DNA from: an uncultured delta proteobacterium
GTDB taxonomy: Bacteria; Myxococcota_A; Polyangia; Polyangiales; Polyangiaceae
Length of the DNA: 64,000 nucleotides
Assembly (NCBI GenBank): GCA_963716725.1
Contig: CAVQUB010000022.1
Coordinates: 1 to 64,000, forward strand
Direction of reading: 5' to 3'
Shown here in pieces: positions 1 through 13,690 of this stretch. Every line of letters starts with the position of its first letter. Positions within the stretch are counted from its first letter, which is position 1. The notes under the pieces were generated by a model that ran no database searches, was not told the DNA's origin, and was given only the letters and a program-made list of their open reading frames with translations. The position numbers and the translations under genes were made by a program.

Positions 1-398
1 ATGGCAATTTGCCCTTAAACTTATGGGAGTCTGGATATTTAGTTTATTAATTTCTGCCCCCATTTCCGCCGCTAGTTTTTTTCCTCAAGAAGCCAGTTTA
101 CCTTTTTTACTTTCTAGTGGTTTAGGTGCGTCTCTTTTTGTAACTTTTGCCTTAATACGCTTATACTTGGGTTGGTCGACATATGGGCGATTGCCTCAAA
201 AAAACAAAAATAGTCTATGAGGAATCGAGTTGGTATGACGGGCAAGTATGGAAAAAACCTCTAGAATTTTATCGCCGAGATCAACTCATTTTTCAGTATC
301 AAGTCCAACCAATTCTAGCGAGATTACAAAAAAGTTTTATCTTATTACTTAGTTTAATATTTAGTGGTGTACTGGCACTATGGGTGACTACTCATTGA
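1..398 (+). CDS. ycf36: Ycf36/CGLD27 (DUF1230) family membrane protein, 5' end outside window, one frameshift near 177
   Basis: Frame 2 reads WQFALKLMGVWIF...RLYLGW. The conserved YEESxWYDGQVW.KP motif continues in frame 3 (ORFs 23..220 and 183..398). Confidence 0.8.
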
Positions 399-498
399 CA
401 ATCAACAATGGACAATAGACAATTAACAGTGGATAATTAAGCAATAGGCAATAAATAATTTATGTACTTATTACTTATTACTTATTACTTATTACTTA
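398..498 (+). repeat. Cyanobacterial short tandem heptamer repeats (ACAATRR-like copies, then TTACTTA about x5)
   Basis: Visible tandem 7-mers in the ycf36-asparaginase intergenic gap. Confidence 0.75.
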
Positions 499-506
499 GA
501 TAAAAA

Positions 507-1460
507 ATGACAAGATTAAAACGTCCTCCCTATCACCGTTTAGAAATACACCTCCTCAGAGAGGGCATAGTCGAATCCATCCATCAGGGAGAGGTTGTCG
601 TTGCTGATAATAGGGGTAGAATCTTAGCCGTAGCAGGAGACACTGAAACTGTTTCTTTTATGCGATCAGCAATGAAACCATTTCAAGCCTTAGCGGTTAC
701 AAGTACAGGGGTAATGGAAAGATTTGACTTAAATGATAAAGATTTAGCAATCATTTGCAGTTCCCATCAAGGTAGTATAGAACAAGCTAGACAAGTATTT
801 AATATTTTGTGGCGGGCAGATATTGAAGCAAGTTACTTAAAATGTCCCATTCCCAAAGGAAAAAACAGTGCTTTACAGTCTAACTGTTCAGGGAAACACG
901 CAGGAATGTTGGCAGTCTGTCAACAGCGAAACTGGAATTTGGATACCTATTTTCATCGCTCTAATCCCGTACAGCAATTAATCTTACAGAAGATAGCCGA
1001 ATTATTGTCCATTCCCGGGGCAGAAATTATGACTGCTAGAGACGATTGTGGTGTGCCCACTTATGCTCTAGAATTAGGACAAATGGCGACTTTATACGCA
1101 AAATTGGCCTCTGGTAATAGTATCGACTTAGAAAGAATTGTCCGCGCTATGACAAATCATCCGACAATGGTAGCCGGAGAAGGTGCTTTCGACACGGAGT
1201 TAATGAATTTAACCGACGGAATGTTGGTGAGTAAATCCGGTGCTGAAGGTATCCAGTGTATTGGTAATATCGGTCAAAATATGGGTTTAGCCATAAAAAT
1301 CCTTGACGGTAGTAAACGGGCAAAATATGCTACTGCCATTCATATTTTAAAACAAATGGGATGGATTACCCCTACCGTTGCAGAAAATTTAGGGGATAAG
1401 TTTTTGCGTATTGACGACTATAAACGCCTAGAAGTAGCAGGAGAATTATCTCTGCTTTAG
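507..1460 (+). CDS. L-asparaginase II family protein
   Basis: RSAMKPFQA, CSSHQG, NCSGKHAGML and SKSGAEG motifs; 317 aa. Confidence 0.88.
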   Translation: MTRLKRPPYHRLEIHLLREGIVESIHQGEVVVADNRGRILAVAGDTETVSFMRSAMKPFQALAVTSTGVMERFDLNDKDLAIICSSHQGSIEQARQVFNILWRADIEASYLKCPIPKGKNSALQSNCSGKHAGMLAVCQQRNWNLDTYFHRSNPVQQLILQKIAELLSIPGAEIMTARDDCGVPTYALELGQMATLYAKLASGNSIDLERIVRAMTNHPTMVAGEGAFDTELMNLTDGMLVSKSGAEGIQCIGNIGQNMGLAIKILDGSKRAKYATAIHILKQMGWITPTVAENLGDKFLRIDDYKRLEVAGELSLL

Positions 1461-1488
1461 CTTGGTTGGAACTCCGAACTCTGGTTGA

Positions 1489-2097
1489 TTATACTGCTAA
1501 AGGTTTTTCTACAATATTATGGGCAAATAATTGAGCCTCTACTTGTTCACAAATACGATGATAGGTGATTAAGTGTATTTCTTGAACGTAAGGGGTATTT
1601 TTTTCGCTGACAAAAAGAGGATAGTCAATTAAACCACTCATCATACCACCGTTGTTCCCTGCCATGCCGACGGTAATTAAACCCCTTTCTTTAGCAGCTT
1701 TTAAGGCGTGAATAATATTACGAGATCTTCCCGAAGTTGATAATACCCATAACACATCTCCTGGTTTACCAAAAGACTCTACCTGCCGGGCAAAAATTGT
1801 CTCAAATTCATGATCATTACTCCATGCTGTTAAAGTGGCTGGATTTGTCCCCAGTGCGATGGCAGGTAAACCCGGACGATCAAGTTGAAAACGCCCTACA
1901 AACTCGGCCGCAATATGTTGTGCATCAGCTGCAGAACCGCCATTGCCACAAATTAATAAAGTATGACCTGCCTGAAAACTAGAAGCTACAATATCTGTAA
2001 CTTGATCTATATTAAGACAGTATTTGTGGTTAAATGCTTCTTGTAAACATTGTAGTCTTTTTTGTACCCAGTAATTCAATTTTTTTTGCCTCCTCAC
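1489..2097 (-). CDS. gmhA: Phosphoheptose (sedoheptulose-7-P) isomerase, SIS domain
   Basis: CGNGGSAADAQHIAAEFVGRF, STSGRS and QEIH motifs. Confidence 0.92.
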   Translation of the reverse strand: MRRQKKLNYWVQKRLQCLQEAFNHKYCLNIDQVTDIVASSFQAGHTLLICGNGGSAADAQHIAAEFVGRFQLDRPGLPAIALGTNPATLTAWSNDHEFETIFARQVESFGKPGDVLWVLSTSGRSRNIIHALKAAKERGLITVGMAGNNGGMMSGLIDYPLFVSEKNTPYVQEIHLITYHRICEQVEAQLFAHNIVEKPLAV

Positions 2098-2494
2098 ACT
2101 TGATAATGACGGAAATATCTTAGCATATCACGTTTGACCAGGATACTTTTAGAAAGAAATGAGCAGGACAGGATAATCGCACACACAACGAAGGTTAGCA
2201 TAGAGAACAAACGGCTTAAGGCAGGTTGGGATAATCGCTATTTGGAAACTGTACTCAGTTGCCTCAGTGTTTTTTCTACTTCCTAAATGTTAAGAAACCT
2301 GTGCACAAAGCGATCGTTAACCCAAGCTAATCGCAAATGTAATAAATGATTAAATCCTGATTCCTAAGGACATTTCTGCCAAAGTTGAAGAAATTGTTTC
2401 TGGAGTAGGCTCTTGCTAGGATAATAAATCTGATGGAATCAGAATAATTATTTTCATGCTGTTGCTGATATTTTTGATTATTAAGGAACTATAT

Positions 2495-2607
2495 CTAGTG
2501 GCCTGTCAATTTTGAAATGAGAGATAAAACAATCCTCCAAAATCCAAAATCCAAAATCCAAAATTACCCGTTCCCAGTCCCTCAAAACTGTCTTGACAGA
2601 CCACTAG
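2495..2607. mobile_element. 113-bp MITE-like element with 15-bp terminal inverted repeats and internal (TCCAAAA)4
   Basis: CTAGTGGCCTGTCAA (2495-2509) and TTGACAGACCACTAG (2593-2607) match at 14/15 positions as inverted repeats. The element is non-coding. Confidence 0.7.
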
Positions 2608-2651
2608 TGGCTACCACGCTAATTCCGGAAGAGTCATAATTTTTGGATCAA

Positions 2652-3698
2652 TTAACTATTTATGGTGGCTTCATGAAAAATTAATTCTTGCACTTTGGCG
2701 ATCGCCGGATTTAGTTCATAAGTACGATGAAAAGGATTAGCTGAAAAAGCCTCTTGTTCTTGTTTTATCATAGCCACATCTTGGCGCACTAAACCATCTA
2801 ATAATCCTTTAGCAGTGCCAAAAAGACTATTTTTCACGAAACGACGAAAAGTAACAGGTAACTTATGTAAACGCCAAAAAGCCTCTAAAGATGTAAAGTG
2901 TATCAAATAAGCCTTGGTTGTGGTTTCATTGATGGGGCAAAAAAGACAGTAAATTTTAAAATCCTTACCTAAAGTGGAACTCCAGTGAGGGTAAACATAA
3001 CTTACTGTTAAAGGTTCGGGATGTAAACGGCGTAATGCAGGAAAAAATAACTGAGAAATTGACCAAATTTTGTCGATGTTGTAGTAACTTTGAGCTTCAT
3101 ACAAAACGTCTACTCGATGATCGTTTATTGTAATTTTCTGTAGAGAAGCCTTGGTCCATGCTTGATAATTATCGTGTAAATGCCCATGATACATATCCAT
3201 TAAATTTTCGATGAGGAAAGAAAAATGCCCCGGACAATCAATGGTCGTCATGCTACCAATATAGTTTAAATGTTTCCATTCTGGCAACCCCATCGGTTTA
3301 GTCTTTTCGCTATCACCATCTCCCGGAAATAGCCATATAAAACCATCAAATTCTTTAACCGGGTAACGCCTCAACTGACAATTAGGTAACTTTTGCTTCT
3401 GAGTTAAGTAAGGGACAAAAGAGCATTTACCATTGCCATCAAAACGCCAACCATGATAAGGGCATTCTAAATCATTACCCCTCACTTGACCATCACTTAA
3501 TTTTACCTGACGATGAGGACAGCGATCTTCTAAAGCCCGAATTTCTCCGTTGTCATTACGGAAAACTACAATAGTTCTATGCCATAAAGTAAATCCAAGA
3601 GGCTTATTTTTCAGTTCATCACTACTAGCTACCACATACCAGTGATTAAGGTTTATGCCGCAGGTGCGTATATTCGGTTTAACGTCTAACTGTCCCAT
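2652..3698 (-). CDS. Rieske [2Fe-2S] aromatic ring-hydroxylating oxygenase alpha subunit
   Basis: CPHR...CPYHGW Rieske motif; ENLMDMYHGHLH mononuclear Fe motif. Confidence 0.9.
   Translation of the reverse strand: MGQLDVKPNIRTCGINLNHWYVVASSDELKNKPLGFTLWHRTIVVFRNDNGEIRALEDRCPHRQVKLSDGQVRGNDLECPYHGWRFDGNGKCSFVPYLTQKQKLPNCQLRRYPVKEFDGFIWLFPGDGDSEKTKPMGLPEWKHLNYIGSMTTIDCPGHFSFLIENLMDMYHGHLHDNYQAWTKASLQKITINDHRVDVLYEAQSYYNIDKIWSISQLFFPALRRLHPEPLTVSYVYPHWSSTLGKDFKIYCLFCPINETTTKAYLIHFTSLEAFWRLHKLPVTFRRFVKNSLFGTAKGLLDGLVRQDVAMIKQEQEAFSANPFHRTYELNPAIAKVQELIFHEATINS
2698..2705. repeat. HIP1 octamer GCGATCGC (also at 4361-4368 and 11936-11943)
   Basis: Three exact copies of a GC-rich palindrome in AT-rich DNA. 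HIP1 is a cyanobacterial hallmark. Confidence 0.75.
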
Positions 3699-3789
3699 CA
3701 GTAATGATTTTCAATAAACTTAACATAACAATAATATAGAATAAGCCATTAGTAATTATCAACCACACAAGTGAAAAAAAGTGAGCATG

Positions 3790-3885
3790 ATTAACTATTT
3801 TCCACGCTACTGGAATACCACACCCCTGATAAAGAACGTGAAGAGACAAAACTAACTGTAAAATTTTGTCCGATATTAGTGGCAT
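3790..3885 (-). pseudogene. Short transposase fragment (IS4-like)
   Basis: LVLSLHVLYQGCGIPVAWKIV resembles the 'V.Y.G.AIP..W' segment of cyanobacterial DDE transposases. Confidence 0.45.
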
Positions 3886-3909
3886 CTATGGCTAATGGTA
3901 GCCATTTTT

Positions 3910-4521
3910 CCTCACTGTTCCATAAGTTTAAAATCCATCTTAGGTTTAAAAAACATTAATAACCAAGGCTTTAGCAAGTTAAAACAAGACAATGGTTGCA
4001 GAAATAGCCTTAATTTATTGAGGATATTTTTCCAGCCTTTTCCCTCATCCCACCACGGATGTTTTTTCATTTCTTCTTGTAAATTTTTTTCTCTTTCTAC
4101 TCTTTCTTCCTTTGATTCATTTAATTGTTCTGCTCCACTTATTTGCTCTTACTCTTTGTCCACAAGGCAACCAGACTCCATGGTTACTTCTTGTTGCCAA
4201 GTGGTTTATACACTTCTTGGAGCAAAGGTAATGTCATTCCTCGAACTAATCCATAAGCTGTTACTGTTACTATTCCATTTTCTACTTTGCCTAAATTTCC
4301 AATATATTGTCTTTTTACATAATCGGTTTTATTTCCTTATTTTCTAATCCTAATAGCTTAGCGATCGCCGGTAAACTTTTCCTTTTTAGCTCTGATATTA
4401 GTCCCAAATGAAGATACTTAAAATACTCAAATGTCCTCACTTCGGGAAATAAATCTCGATAGATTTCGCAGTATTGATCAATGAATTTGATTGTTTTGTG
4501 AGCTGGACGTGGCTTAACCAT
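3910..4521 (-). pseudogene. Internally deleted IS701-family transposase remnant
   Basis: Three separated pieces on the minus strand: N-terminal MVKPRPAH..FIDQYCEIYRDLFPEVRTFEYFKYLHLGLIS..RKSLPAIAK, middle KRQYIGNLGKVENGIV.V.AYG, and C-terminal HPWWDEGKGWKNILNKLRL. Confidence 0.8.
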
Positions 4522-4732
4522 AACTCACCTCCCGATTTCAAGCTTTTTTCTTAATTATAACTAACCCAGAGTCCTAAAAAAGCGTTATAGTTATTTCAAT
4601 TTACCCATTACCCATTAACTATTACCTCCCCTCACCAACTACTTATAGTCTTCCTTGAGAGTATAAAAAAGTTATGATATATCGTTATAACTTAGATTAA
4701 GATATATTAAGATATATAAAATTTTATAACTC

Positions 4733-7684
4733 TTGTCATCTATGCTTGATTTACAAAATATCAACTCTCCCGCCCTTTCAGAAGATAGCCTCATTGCCTC
4801 ATCAACTCTGAAAAATTCCCCTAGCGAAGATATATTTCTGCATCGTCATGTCGGTATCGGTGAAAAAGAACAATCATTGATGTTGGCTAAACTAGGTTAT
4901 GAGAATTTAGACACCTTAATTGATTCAGCCGTACCGCAATCTATCCGTCTCAAAAACCCATTACAATTACCTTCCCCTCAAACAGAAACCCAAGCCTTAG
5001 CCACTTTAAAAGCCATCGCCCAACAAAATCAGGTATATCATTCTTATATTGGCATGGGTTATTATAATTGCGTCACTCCCGCCGTCATTCAACGAAATAT
5101 TCTCGAAAATCCCAATTGGTACACTGCTTACACCCCTTATCAGCCGGAAATTGCTCAAGGAAGACTTGAAGCTTTGTTAAACTTCCAAACCATGATTATT
5201 GACTTGACGGGGTTAGAAATTGCCAACGCTTCTCTCTTGGATGAAGCCACCGCCGCCGCCGAAGCTATGACTATGAGTTATGCCGTTACTAAACATAAAT
5301 CTAACACTTTTTTTGTCGATGAAAATTGTCACCCTCAAACCATCGAAGTGATGAAAACAAGGGCGAAATATTTAGATATAGATTTAATTATCGGCAATCC
5401 TGAAACTTTTACCTTTAATACTCCCATTTTTGCCTGTTTACTCCAATATCCTGCCACTGATGGCACAATTTATGACTATCAAACAATCATTAACCAAATC
5501 CATCAACAAAAAGGTATTGTCATCCTCGCCGCTGATTTGTTAAGCCTTGCCCTCTTAAAATCTCCCGGCGAATTAAATGCCGACATCGCTGTAGGAAATA
5601 CCCAACGTTTTGGTGTACCCTTAGGTTATGGTGGTCCTCACGCTGCTTATTTTGCTACTAAAGAAGAATATAAACGACAAGTTCCGGGTAGAATCGTTGG
5701 CGTTTCCAAAGATGTACACGGGCAACCAGCCCTAAGATTAGCCTTACAGACGAGAGAGCAACATATCCGTAGAGAAAAAGCAACTAGTAATATTTGTACA
5801 GCTCAAGTTTTGTTAGCAGTTATCGCTTCCACTTATGCGGTATATCATGGGGAGGAAGGCATTAAAAATATTGCCTTAAGAGTTAATTATTTAACAAAAA
5901 TTTTGGCTAGGGGATTAGAAAAACTTGGTTATCAAATTAAATCTAAGCATTTTTTTGACACTATTACTATAGAAATTGATGATCCCAGTACTATTAAAGA
6001 GAAGGCGGAAAGTAAATTAATCAACTTTCGTTACTATGAAAATGCCATCGGAATTAGCCTCGATGAAACTACCACTGTTGAGGATATTAAGACAATTTGG
6101 TCAATTTTTGCTCAAAATCAGGACATAACCTTCAGTAGCTCCGATTTAGCTGTGGATAACTTAGGTATCCCCCCTCAATTGTACCGTGAAACCCGTTATC
6201 TTACTGAACCCATTTTCAATCAATATCATTCGGAAACGGAGTTACTGCGTTATTTACATCGTCTCGAAACGAAAGATTTATCCTTAACTACTTCCATGAT
6301 TGCCTTAGGCTCTTGTACCATGAAACTTAACGCCACTGCTGAAATGTTACCCGTGACATGGCCAGAGTTTAATCAAATTCACCCCTTCGCACCCTTATCC
6401 CAAACTAAAGGCTATCAAACTTTATTCTCACAACTAGAGGCATGGTTAACAGAAATTACAGGATTTGACGGTGTTTCTCTACAGCCCAATGCCGGTTCCC
6501 AAGGGGAATTCGCGGGGCTACAAGTTATCCGTAAATACCATGATAGTAGAGGAGAAGGCACACGTAATATTTGTTTAATCCCCGAGTCCGCACACGGCAC
6601 AAATCCAGCCAGTGCGGTTATGTGTGGTTTAAAAGTGATAGCCATCAAATGTGACAATCAAGGGGATATTGATATCGAGGACTTAAAAGCCAAAGCTGAG
6701 AAACATCAACATAACTTATCCACTTTGATGATTACCTACCCCTCCACTCACGGAGTTTTTGAGGAAGCCATTAAAGATATATGCAGTATAATTCACGCCT
6801 ACGGAGGACAAGTGTATCTCGACGGTGCCAACATGAATGCCCAAGTTGGCTTATGTCGGCCTGGTGATTTTGGTGCCGATGTCTGTCATCTCAACCTACA
6901 TAAAACCTTCTGTATTCCTCACGGTGGCGGAGGACCGGGAGTGGGTCCTATTGGTGTAATGTCCCATTTACTACCTTTTTTGCCCTCAACCTCTTTAACT
7001 GAATCTTCCCCAACTCCCTTTACTAAGGGAGGAAATAATGAGTCTATCGGTTGGATTTCTGCTGCCCCTTGGGGAAGTGCTAGTATTTTACCGATATCGT
7101 GGATGTATATTGCCATGATGGGCAGTAAGGGTTTAACGTTGGCCTCAAAAATTGCCATTCTCAACGCTAATTATATTGCCGATCGTCTCGCACCCCATTA
7201 TCCTATCCTTTTTACAGGTAAATCTGGTTTAGTTGCCCATGAGTGTATTATTGATTTACGTCCCTTACGCAAAACTGCCCATATTGAGGTAGAAGACGTA
7301 GCCAAGCGGTTAATAGATTATGGATTCCATGCCCCAACGATGTCTTGGCCTGTGGGTGGCACAATGATGATTGAACCTACGGAAAGCGAATCTCTAGGGG
7401 AATTAGATCGTTTTTGTGACGCTATGATTAGTATTCGGGAAGAAATCAGAGCTATTGAAGGAGAAGAAGGGGATAAAGACGATAATATTCTAAAAAATGC
7501 CCCTCATACTGCTATAAGTTTAATTTCTTCTGATTGGAGTCACCCCTATAGCCGAGAAGAGGCCGCCTATCCTGACCCCTTCACGAAACAACATAAGTTC
7601 TGGCCCGTGGTTGGACGTATTGAGAATGCCTATGGCGATCGAAATTTGGTCTGTTCTTGTGTAAGTATAGACAACTATAAATAA
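4733..7684 (+). CDS. gcvP: Glycine dehydrogenase (glycine cleavage system P protein)
   Basis: 983 aa; [26 protein letters not shown] and [18 protein letters not shown] (PLP lysine) motifs. Confidence 0.97.
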   Translation: MSSMLDLQNINSPALSEDSLIASSTLKNSPSEDIFLHRHVGIGEKEQSLMLAKLGYENLDTLIDSAVPQSIRLKNPLQLPSPQTETQALATLKAIAQQNQVYHSYIGMGYYNCVTPAVIQRNILENPNWYTAYTPYQPEIAQGRLEALLNFQTMIIDLTGLEIANASLLDEATAAAEAMTMSYAVTKHKSNTFFVDENCHPQTIEVMKTRAKYLDIDLIIGNPETFTFNTPIFACLLQYPATDGTIYDYQTIINQIHQQKGIVILAADLLSLALLKSPGELNADIAVGNTQRFGVPLGYGGPHAAYFATKEEYKRQVPGRIVGVSKDVHGQPALRLALQTREQHIRREKATSNICTAQVLLAVIASTYAVYHGEEGIKNIALRVNYLTKILARGLEKLGYQIKSKHFFDTITIEIDDPSTIKEKAESKLINFRYYENAIGISLDETTTVEDIKTIWSIFAQNQDITFSSSDLAVDNLGIPPQLYRETRYLTEPIFNQYHSETELLRYLHRLETKDLSLTTSMIALGSCTMKLNATAEMLPVTWPEFNQIHPFAPLSQTKGYQTLFSQLEAWLTEITGFDGVSLQPNAGSQGEFAGLQVIRKYHDSRGEGTRNICLIPESAHGTNPASAVMCGLKVIAIKCDNQGDIDIEDLKAKAEKHQHNLSTLMITYPSTHGVFEEAIKDICSIIHAYGGQVYLDGANMNAQVGLCRPGDFGADVCHLNLHKTFCIPHGGGGPGVGPIGVMSHLLPFLPSTSLTESSPTPFTKGGNNESIGWISAAPWGSASILPISWMYIAMMGSKGLTLASKIAILNANYIADRLAPHYPILFTGKSGLVAHECIIDLRPLRKTAHIEVEDVAKRLIDYGFHAPTMSWPVGGTMMIEPTESESLGELDRFCDAMISIREEIRAIEGEEGDKDDNILKNAPHTAISLISSDWSHPYSREEAAYPDPFTKQHKFWPVVGRIENAYGDRNLVCSCVSIDNYK

Positions 7685-7724
7685 TTTTATCTTTTATAGA
7701 TGAAGAAAACGTAGTTTTGAGGTC

Positions 7725-8792
7725 TATGATACGGGAGACAGTGAATTCAAAATGAAAATAGATACTCAGATTCGGGATAATTTTATCTATCCCTTACTAT
7801 TTCAGCATGATGACCAGAAAAAAGCCGTTTTATCTAATGGTTTTGTCGTTGAAGTGTACTATGTAGAAAAATTGGACGCCTTACCGGAAATGGCTGAAAA
7901 ATACGGGAAAGTTACTTGAGTGGAAAATCTTCTACCAATCGACAGGCAAGAAGTTATCGAGATTCAACCGATTGGTAATTTTGACATGAGAATTGAAACA
8001 ATTGCCACCGAGGAAAATCGCCCCGTTGCCGTCTTTTCCCTTCCTGAAGTTGACCTAGAAAAGGAAAGGCGGGTGTTTGGTTGGAAAGCTTTAGTTAAAA
8101 TGTATGGCATTCGCTATGGTGTCGATCCAGAGGATATTCGAGAAATTAGTGAAGCCGAATTGAATCAATATGCCCAATACTTGGAAAATGAAGACGAACT
8201 TGACATGGAAAAGCGCTATGTCCAAGAAAAAGCTCAAGAAGCGGTGGAAGATTTAAGCGATGGCGACAAGAAAAATGTCCTCAAAAAAGCTAAAGCGATC
8301 CGAGATTATATTTATCAGCGACTCACCTATGATGGATCGCTATCACGATGGGACGAACAGGTTTTAAGGCAAAGGGAGGGTTCCTGTGGGGAATATCTCA
8401 ATGTCTTTTTATCCTTATTCCGATTGAACGATATTCCTGTCAGGAAGTGTGGCAATTACAAAGTTCCTGCATATAAAATGCAAGCCGGATCTCGGAACGT
8501 ATTTTTATCTCCGGATTTCAATCACGTTTGGCTACAATTTTACGTTCCTGACCTCGGTTGGGTTCCTTTAGAATCTAGTGCCGATGACGATGCTTCTAGC
8601 TTTAGGGAGTGGGCACAACGCTATTTCATGTCATTGGCTTGGTATCACGTGGAATGCCGTATGGGAAGCTATTTTGAGGATGTTTTCGAGCAAAATACTG
8701 GCAAACCTCATTTTCTCGCTCCAGGAGATTTAGCGACCAAAGATATTAAATTCAAACTTCTCCAAGCTATTGATTTTGAATATCCTGATTAA
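7725..8792 (+). pseudogene. Transglutaminase-like domain protein, probably 5'-truncated and frameshifted near 7915 (intact ORF 7920..8792)
   Basis: GSCGEY, FNHVW and GWVPLES papain-like triad motifs. An upstream frame (DNFIYPLLFQHD..LSNGFVVEVYYVE) looks like the preceding part of the same family and stops at 7917-7919. Confidence 0.6.
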
Positions 8793-8873
8793 AAATTTCG
8801 GCATTGGATCATTGCGGGATGATTTGTAATCAAATAGTAATATTTTGAGATTAAAGTAGAGTACTTCAATTCA

Positions 8874-10673
8874 TCAATTGCCAGTAGTGGCTAACATTTG
8901 TAATTTATATAAACTAGCATATAGTCCATTTTCCGTTAATAATTGATCATGGCTACCCGATTCGATTAATTCCCCGTGTTTTAAGACCAAAATTTTATCA
9001 ACATTGCGAATAGTTGACAGGCGATGGGCAATAATAATAGCAGTTTTATTGACTAAAAGTTTATCTAAGGCTTGTTGAGTATCAGCCTCCGTCGCTACAT
9101 CTAAACTTGAGGTGGCTTCGTCTAAAACTAGTATATTGGGGTTACGGATGGCGACCCTCGCAAAGGCTAAGAGTTGTTTTTGTCCTCCAGAAAGATTTGC
9201 TCCTCTTTCTCTTAATTGGGTATTATATCCTTGGGGTAATTTTTCGATAAATTTGTCAATATTTGTAATTTCGGCCGCTTGTTTAATTTTTTCCAAGGTA
9301 TATTCTTCCCCTAAAGTTATATTTCGTTTTACGTCCCCGGCAAAGATAAAACTTTCTTGTAAAATTACGCCGATATGACTTCTTAATTCTGCTTGACTAA
9401 TATCTTTAATATCAATTCCATCTACTAAAATTCTCCCTTGACTTGGTTCATACAAACGGCACAATAAACGAATTATAGAGCTTTTTCCTGCACCCGTAGG
9501 TCCTACTAAGGCAACTTTTTCCCCGGGTTTAATGATAAAATGTAGATTCTTCAGCACATATTCATCGGGTTTATAACCAAACCACACATTCTCAAATCTA
9601 ATTTCTCCGATTTGTTGGTTTTCTTTCGAAGTTTCAAAGCTAACATTATCGTCTCTATCTTTAATTTCGATAGGAATACTCATCAATTCAGTAATTCTCT
9701 CAATGGCAGTAAAACCTGACTGAAACATTGTAAATTTATCGGCAAATTGCCGCAAAGGATCGAATAATCTTTGAGAATAAAGGATAAAAGCGGATAACAC
9801 CCCAAATGTGAGTTTATCTTCTAATATAAATAATCCTCCTAACCATAACACCCCAGCGATGGCTGCTAAGGAAATCCATTCTAAAGTAGCCGACACCGCT
9901 GAATCATGAAAAATGGTTTTATCAATAGCAACTAGATAACGATGATTCACATTGCGAAAAATTTCACTATTATATTTTTCTCGGCAGAATAATTGCACAA
10001 TATTGATACCAACAACGTTTTCTTGCAACATGGAGTTAAGTAGAGATAATTCTTCCCTTGCCGCATAATTTGCCTTACGATATTGTCTTTGAAAATAAAT
10101 AATTAAGCCCGTGACGGGAATTAACATCAATACCAACAGAGAAGCTAATTGCCACTGTAGGGAAAACATGGTTACAACAATCACTAAGATTGAGACTAAA
10201 TCGCTGAGAATGCCAATAGCACCTGTAGCGAAAACGTCCCCCAAGGCTTCCACATCGTTAGTAATTCTCGTTACTAATTTTCCCACAGGGGTTTTATTAA
10301 AAAAATTAGAGGCTAAAGAAGTAATATGATTAAACAAATCTTCTCTAATAAATGCTGTTATTTCCTGCCCAACTTTTTGTACTAAAAATCCTTGCCATGT
10401 TTGAAAAGTAGTTCTAATAATAATAGTTAATAGTAAAATAAAAGCTAGTAAATTCAATCCACTAGAGACAGAATATGACCTTAAAAACGACCATGTGGGT
10501 TCATTTCTTAACAAAGAAATAGCCTGACCTACAAGAAGAGGCTGCACTGCTCCAGCTAAAGATAAGGGTATTAATAAGATCAAAGAAATTAGTAAAATAG
10601 ATGAGTTTCGTTTGGCATAAGGAGCAATCTTCAATAATAAACCCCAGTCATTTTCTTTTATTTTTATTTGCAT
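8874..10673 (-). CDS. ABC exporter, fused permease/ATPase (MsbA/MdlB-like)
   Basis: TM N-half; GPTGAGKS, LSGGQ, ILVLDEATS and IAHRLS motifs. Confidence 0.93.
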   Translation of the reverse strand: MQIKIKENDWGLLLKIAPYAKRNSSILLISLILLIPLSLAGAVQPLLVGQAISLLRNEPTWSFLRSYSVSSGLNLLAFILLLTIIIRTTFQTWQGFLVQKVGQEITAFIREDLFNHITSLASNFFNKTPVGKLVTRITNDVEALGDVFATGAIGILSDLVSILVIVVTMFSLQWQLASLLVLMLIPVTGLIIYFQRQYRKANYAAREELSLLNSMLQENVVGINIVQLFCREKYNSEIFRNVNHRYLVAIDKTIFHDSAVSATLEWISLAAIAGVLWLGGLFILEDKLTFGVLSAFILYSQRLFDPLRQFADKFTMFQSGFTAIERITELMSIPIEIKDRDDNVSFETSKENQQIGEIRFENVWFGYKPDEYVLKNLHFIIKPGEKVALVGPTGAGKSSIIRLLCRLYEPSQGRILVDGIDIKDISQAELRSHIGVILQESFIFAGDVKRNITLGEEYTLEKIKQAAEITNIDKFIEKLPQGYNTQLRERGANLSGGQKQLLAFARVAIRNPNILVLDEATSSLDVATEADTQQALDKLLVNKTAIIIAHRLSTIRNVDKILVLKHGELIESGSHDQLLTENGLYASLYKLQMLATTGN

Positions 10674-10851
10674 TTAATTACACTAAAATGTTTATATTTA
10701 ATTTATCTTTGTTAAACTTATTTCAAAGCCTGCTTGTTGAAAATGACGATCCGTTATTAAAACAATCTGTATTCCAATCCGAAGGCATTATTCCTACTGC
10801 CATTTTGGTTGATATACACTTGACTAATTTATTTTTATTTTAGTCTATTTA

Positions 10852-12948
<2,097 letters not shown>

Positions 12949-13683
12949 TTATTCTTCACCATAAATAGTGTAACCATTTCTGCCCTTCCTTTTAGTCGTA
13001 TATAATGCCTGGTCTGCTTTTTTAAGCAAAGAATCAATATCTTCATCATGGGTGGGGTAAATAGCAACACCGATGCTAGTTGAAGTTGTCAACGTAACTT
13101 GATTACAAATAAAAGGTTCATTCATAGATTTTATAATACGCTCAATTATCGTAATTAAAGTATCAGAAGAGGCAATATCCGGTAGTAAAATTACAAATTC
13201 ATCTCCTCCCCAACGTGCAAGACAATCACTGTCTCGGAGAGCCTTTTTTAATCGTTGAGAAAATTGTTTTAGTAATAAATCTCCAATATCATGACCATGA
13301 TCATCATTTGTGTCTTTAAATTTATCTATATCTAAAAACATGATTGCCACCGTGGTTTTCCTTCTTTTGGCATTGGCTAAAATTTGCGATAGATAATTCA
13401 TAAAAAAGTTACGTTTATATAAACCTGTTAAACTATCATGATAAGCATGATATTTTAGTTGATTTTCTAATTGTTTTCTCTCACTAATATCCCGAAAAAC
13501 GCAACAAAAAACTAGTTTATTTTGATAATTGATCAAACTCACACTCAATTCAACATCTACAGCTTTGTTCTGTTTAACTTTAAACTTTAATTCTTGTCGA
13601 AAACTAACTTTTGTTCCCTTAAGAATTTCTAAATTGTAGATAAATTTTTGCTTTTGAGTACCTAAAAATTTTTCTATATTCTC
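12949..13683 (-). CDS. PAS-GGDEF diguanylate cyclase, 3' part only (5' end lost at the chimeric junction)
   Basis: PAC motif RDISERK, HDSLTGL, FLDIDKFK and RWGGDEF; AT-rich codons. Confidence 0.9.
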   Translation of the reverse strand, partial: ENIEKFLGTQKQKFIYNLEILKGTKVSFRQELKFKVKQNKAVDVELSVSLINYQNKLVFCCVFRDISERKQLENQLKYHAYHDSLTGLYKRNFFMNYLSQILANAKRRKTTVAIMFLDIDKFKDTNDDHGHDIGDLLLKQFSQRLKKALRDSDCLARWGGDEFVILLPDIASSDTLITIIERIIKSMNEPFICNQVTLTTSTSIGVAIYPTHDEDIDSLLKKADQALYTTKRKGRNGYTIYGEE

Positions 13684-13690
13684 CCCGGCG
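13680..13690. other. Abrupt AT-rich to GC-rich junction (probable chimeric assembly join)
   Basis: ...tttctatatt|ctccccggcggttccgcccc... Both flanking genes are truncated at this point. Confidence 0.9.

Noticed and set aside
2100..2490. Possible gene or ncRNA between gmhA and the MITE
   Set aside because: No long ORF or recognisable structure; it may be a decayed gene but I cannot support a call.
3895..4347. 150-aa plus-strand ORF
   Set aside because: It is antisense to the IS701 transposase remnant.
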